Shown piece by piece: positions 61,971 to 64,000 of a DNA stretch of 64,000 nt. The stretch is from contig OZ199838.1 in assembly GCA_964304625.1 (NCBI GenBank), positions 1,375,158 through 1,439,157 on the forward strand, in the 5' to 3' direction. Numbering within the stretch: position 1 is the first letter of the stretch; every line of letters begins with the position of its first letter. The stretch is from Kudoa neothunni. Lineage: Eukaryota; Animalia; Cnidaria. The translations under genes were made by a program, and so were the position numbers. The notes under the pieces were generated by a model. That model saw only the letters and a list, made by a program, of their open reading frames with translations, had not been told where the DNA came from and did no database searches.

Positions 61971-64000
61971 CACTCTAAGTTTTACATAAATCGGCCACAA
62001 GAGCCACGCAATAACGCGACTTGAGTTATAGATAAAAAAATTTATTTTTAATGTTAACCATGTTTACGAAATGATAAAATAATAATACCAAAAAACTATG
62101 TTTCTCTCCAGAAAGAATAACGTCGAAATTGAGCAGTATCCAATCTCGACTGCATTTGTGAGTTTTTTTAGTTTTAACACTTAATTCACGTTTGACAACT
62201 GCTGCCAATTTATTTTTCCTATTTAAAACAGCGCAGTGTAATATTGCGACGAAAAACACAAAATAATGGCAAACCGTTGAATAATTATATCATGTTTTTT
62301 TGAATGCTCTCTACAACGCAGAACTAAGCAAAATAAGGAAGAGTCTTTATATTTTGAATAACTGGTATAAGAATAATGGGAAAATAAGGAGTTATCGTTT
62401 TATTAAGAAGAGGACAACATGTTTATATAGATTTTGCGCATGCGGGCTGGCATCGCATGTATAGTGTTACGTTATTTATTCAATATTTACTCGATAGAAT
62501 TTCTGTAAATTTTAAGAAATGACATCGATGAATATTTTAAATAATTTTATTCTGAAGATGTTTTTACATTAACTATTTTGGTATATAGCAAAAATAATTT
62601 CAATTCATTTTTCAAAAAACTTTCATAAAGATAGAAGAATACAAAAACTGGTGAGGAGTTACATTCCATTAACACTCTACAATATTGTTGGCAAAATTCA
62701 CTTGGGGTGGAAATCCACCCCATTTTACTTAGAAGCTTAAAGTTATGCTAACCAAAATTAATTACGGTAGATGAGAAAAATTCTCAAATCCCCTGGGGAT
62801 AGAAAATTATGTGAATTTATAAATCAACTCCCAGAAATTTCTTGGTTTATGTGAGGAGCGCATTTAATAATTTTACGCTATTAGGCCAGTGAGCCGCTCA
62901 TTCATAATCCCCTCAGGTCCCAATAGAAAGTACGAACTATTGATTAAAATCGTTAGGTTAGTGATTTATTGATTGGGGAAATGAGTAATAAATTTATTTT
63001 TAAAGCGTTGAGAAATATTGGCTTCAAATAATTTGTAATTTCAATAATGATGAATTATGTGAATTCCAAAAATACCTTCTTGCGTGCGCTTTTCTCGTTT
63101 TTTCTTTTATAATTGTTGATAATAAATCACATGAATATTAGGTGCAAAGATTTTGCTTAATCAGATTACTTTTAAATTTTGGCCTAATTCATATTCGTCT
63201 AGAGTCGGGTTAGCGTGTAATCTCGATCATTTTGCACCAAGCACCGAAAACAGCTAATTTTTTTCTTAATTTAACATAAGTATTAAAATTTCAATTTTCA
63301 GTTACATTTTTTTATCTCTGTTCCGAATCTAACGTAGTAAACCTAATACCTAATAGATAGGATTGCCTAAGACTCTGAAATAATGTGTTATTTTTTTCCT
63401 ATTTACAAATATCGCATAACCCTTTTTAATTCATATTCAATATAGTTTTTTTTAGTTTATAAATTTTTATTAGGACTTTTTGTTCAATGGAGAAGATTTT
63501 ATACTTCAATTATTAGCGAAATTCAAACTAATAATAATTATAGTCATCAAACAAGTATTTTAGAACATAAAATTAAAAAAAATATAAATAAAAAATATTC
63601 AGCTAAAAATTTTACTTACATGAATATATTAAATAGGAGAATTATTACCAATGAAAAACATGGATTTATTTGATATCGAATACATTATTACAACGTTTTA
63701 TGCAAACAATTTTGTATAACACAGATGTTTTTGTCCAACATAAAAAAGTGATATCATTATAATGGAACATAATAGAATATAACATAGGTTTTCACCGTTA
63801 GCTACTATAAACATAAATGATGATTGTCGGTGTGTGTATCAGCAAATATTCTAATAATTGTTTAGGAAATAGTGATTTTGTCGATTTAAAGTTTGTTAAG
63901 TGGATTACGCGGTTTCAATAATAGGATAATATAGGCTTATGTCATGGTTATGATCGGTTGAGGTTACCATTCCTCTTTATATGCTCCATCAAATGTTAAT

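Noticed and set aside
1-64000. Non-standard genetic code (stop reassignment)
   Set aside because: TAA, TAG and TGA all terminate well-supported genes, and in-frame stops are confined to transposon relics and one putative pseudogene.
1-64000. CRISPR arrays, rRNA genes or prokaryotic operons
   Set aside because: No repeat-spacer arrays or rRNA-like sequence were seen, and the gene structure is spliceosomal.

Overview
This is AT-rich eukaryotic DNA, not prokaryotic. The genes point to a metazoan: animal-type pyruvate carboxylase, AF9/ENL-like YEATS protein, TRIP11-like golgin and alpha-SNAP. Most genes are split by many short (about 37-70 nt) GT-AG introns with weak consensus, so the ORF track fragments or misses them. 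Hand-spliced models: COA4 (+), alpha-SNAP (-, one apparent +1 frameshift), NDUFAF7 (+), a shortened TRIP11/GMAP-210-like golgin (+), OPA3 (-), an orphan ENTH-like gene (-), ANAPC5-like (-) overlapped by or fused to an upstream orphan gene, pyruvate carboxylase (+, one intron), FKBP2 (-) and a YEATS/polyQ protein (-). Intergenic DNA and two large introns carry decayed DNA transposons: Helitron, piggyBac, Tc1/IS630, pogo/Tigger, hAT MITEs and a MULE with perfect TIRs and TSD. The most notable signals are a dual-frame exon at the ANAPC5 start, a 42-nt GT...AT intron-like insert in ANAPC5, a recurrent NRF1-like GCGC(A/C)(T/C)GCGC motif just upstream of start codons, and the alpha-SNAP frameshift. 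I found no clearly new multi-gene system. All assignments come from recalled motifs and manual splicing, with no database searches.
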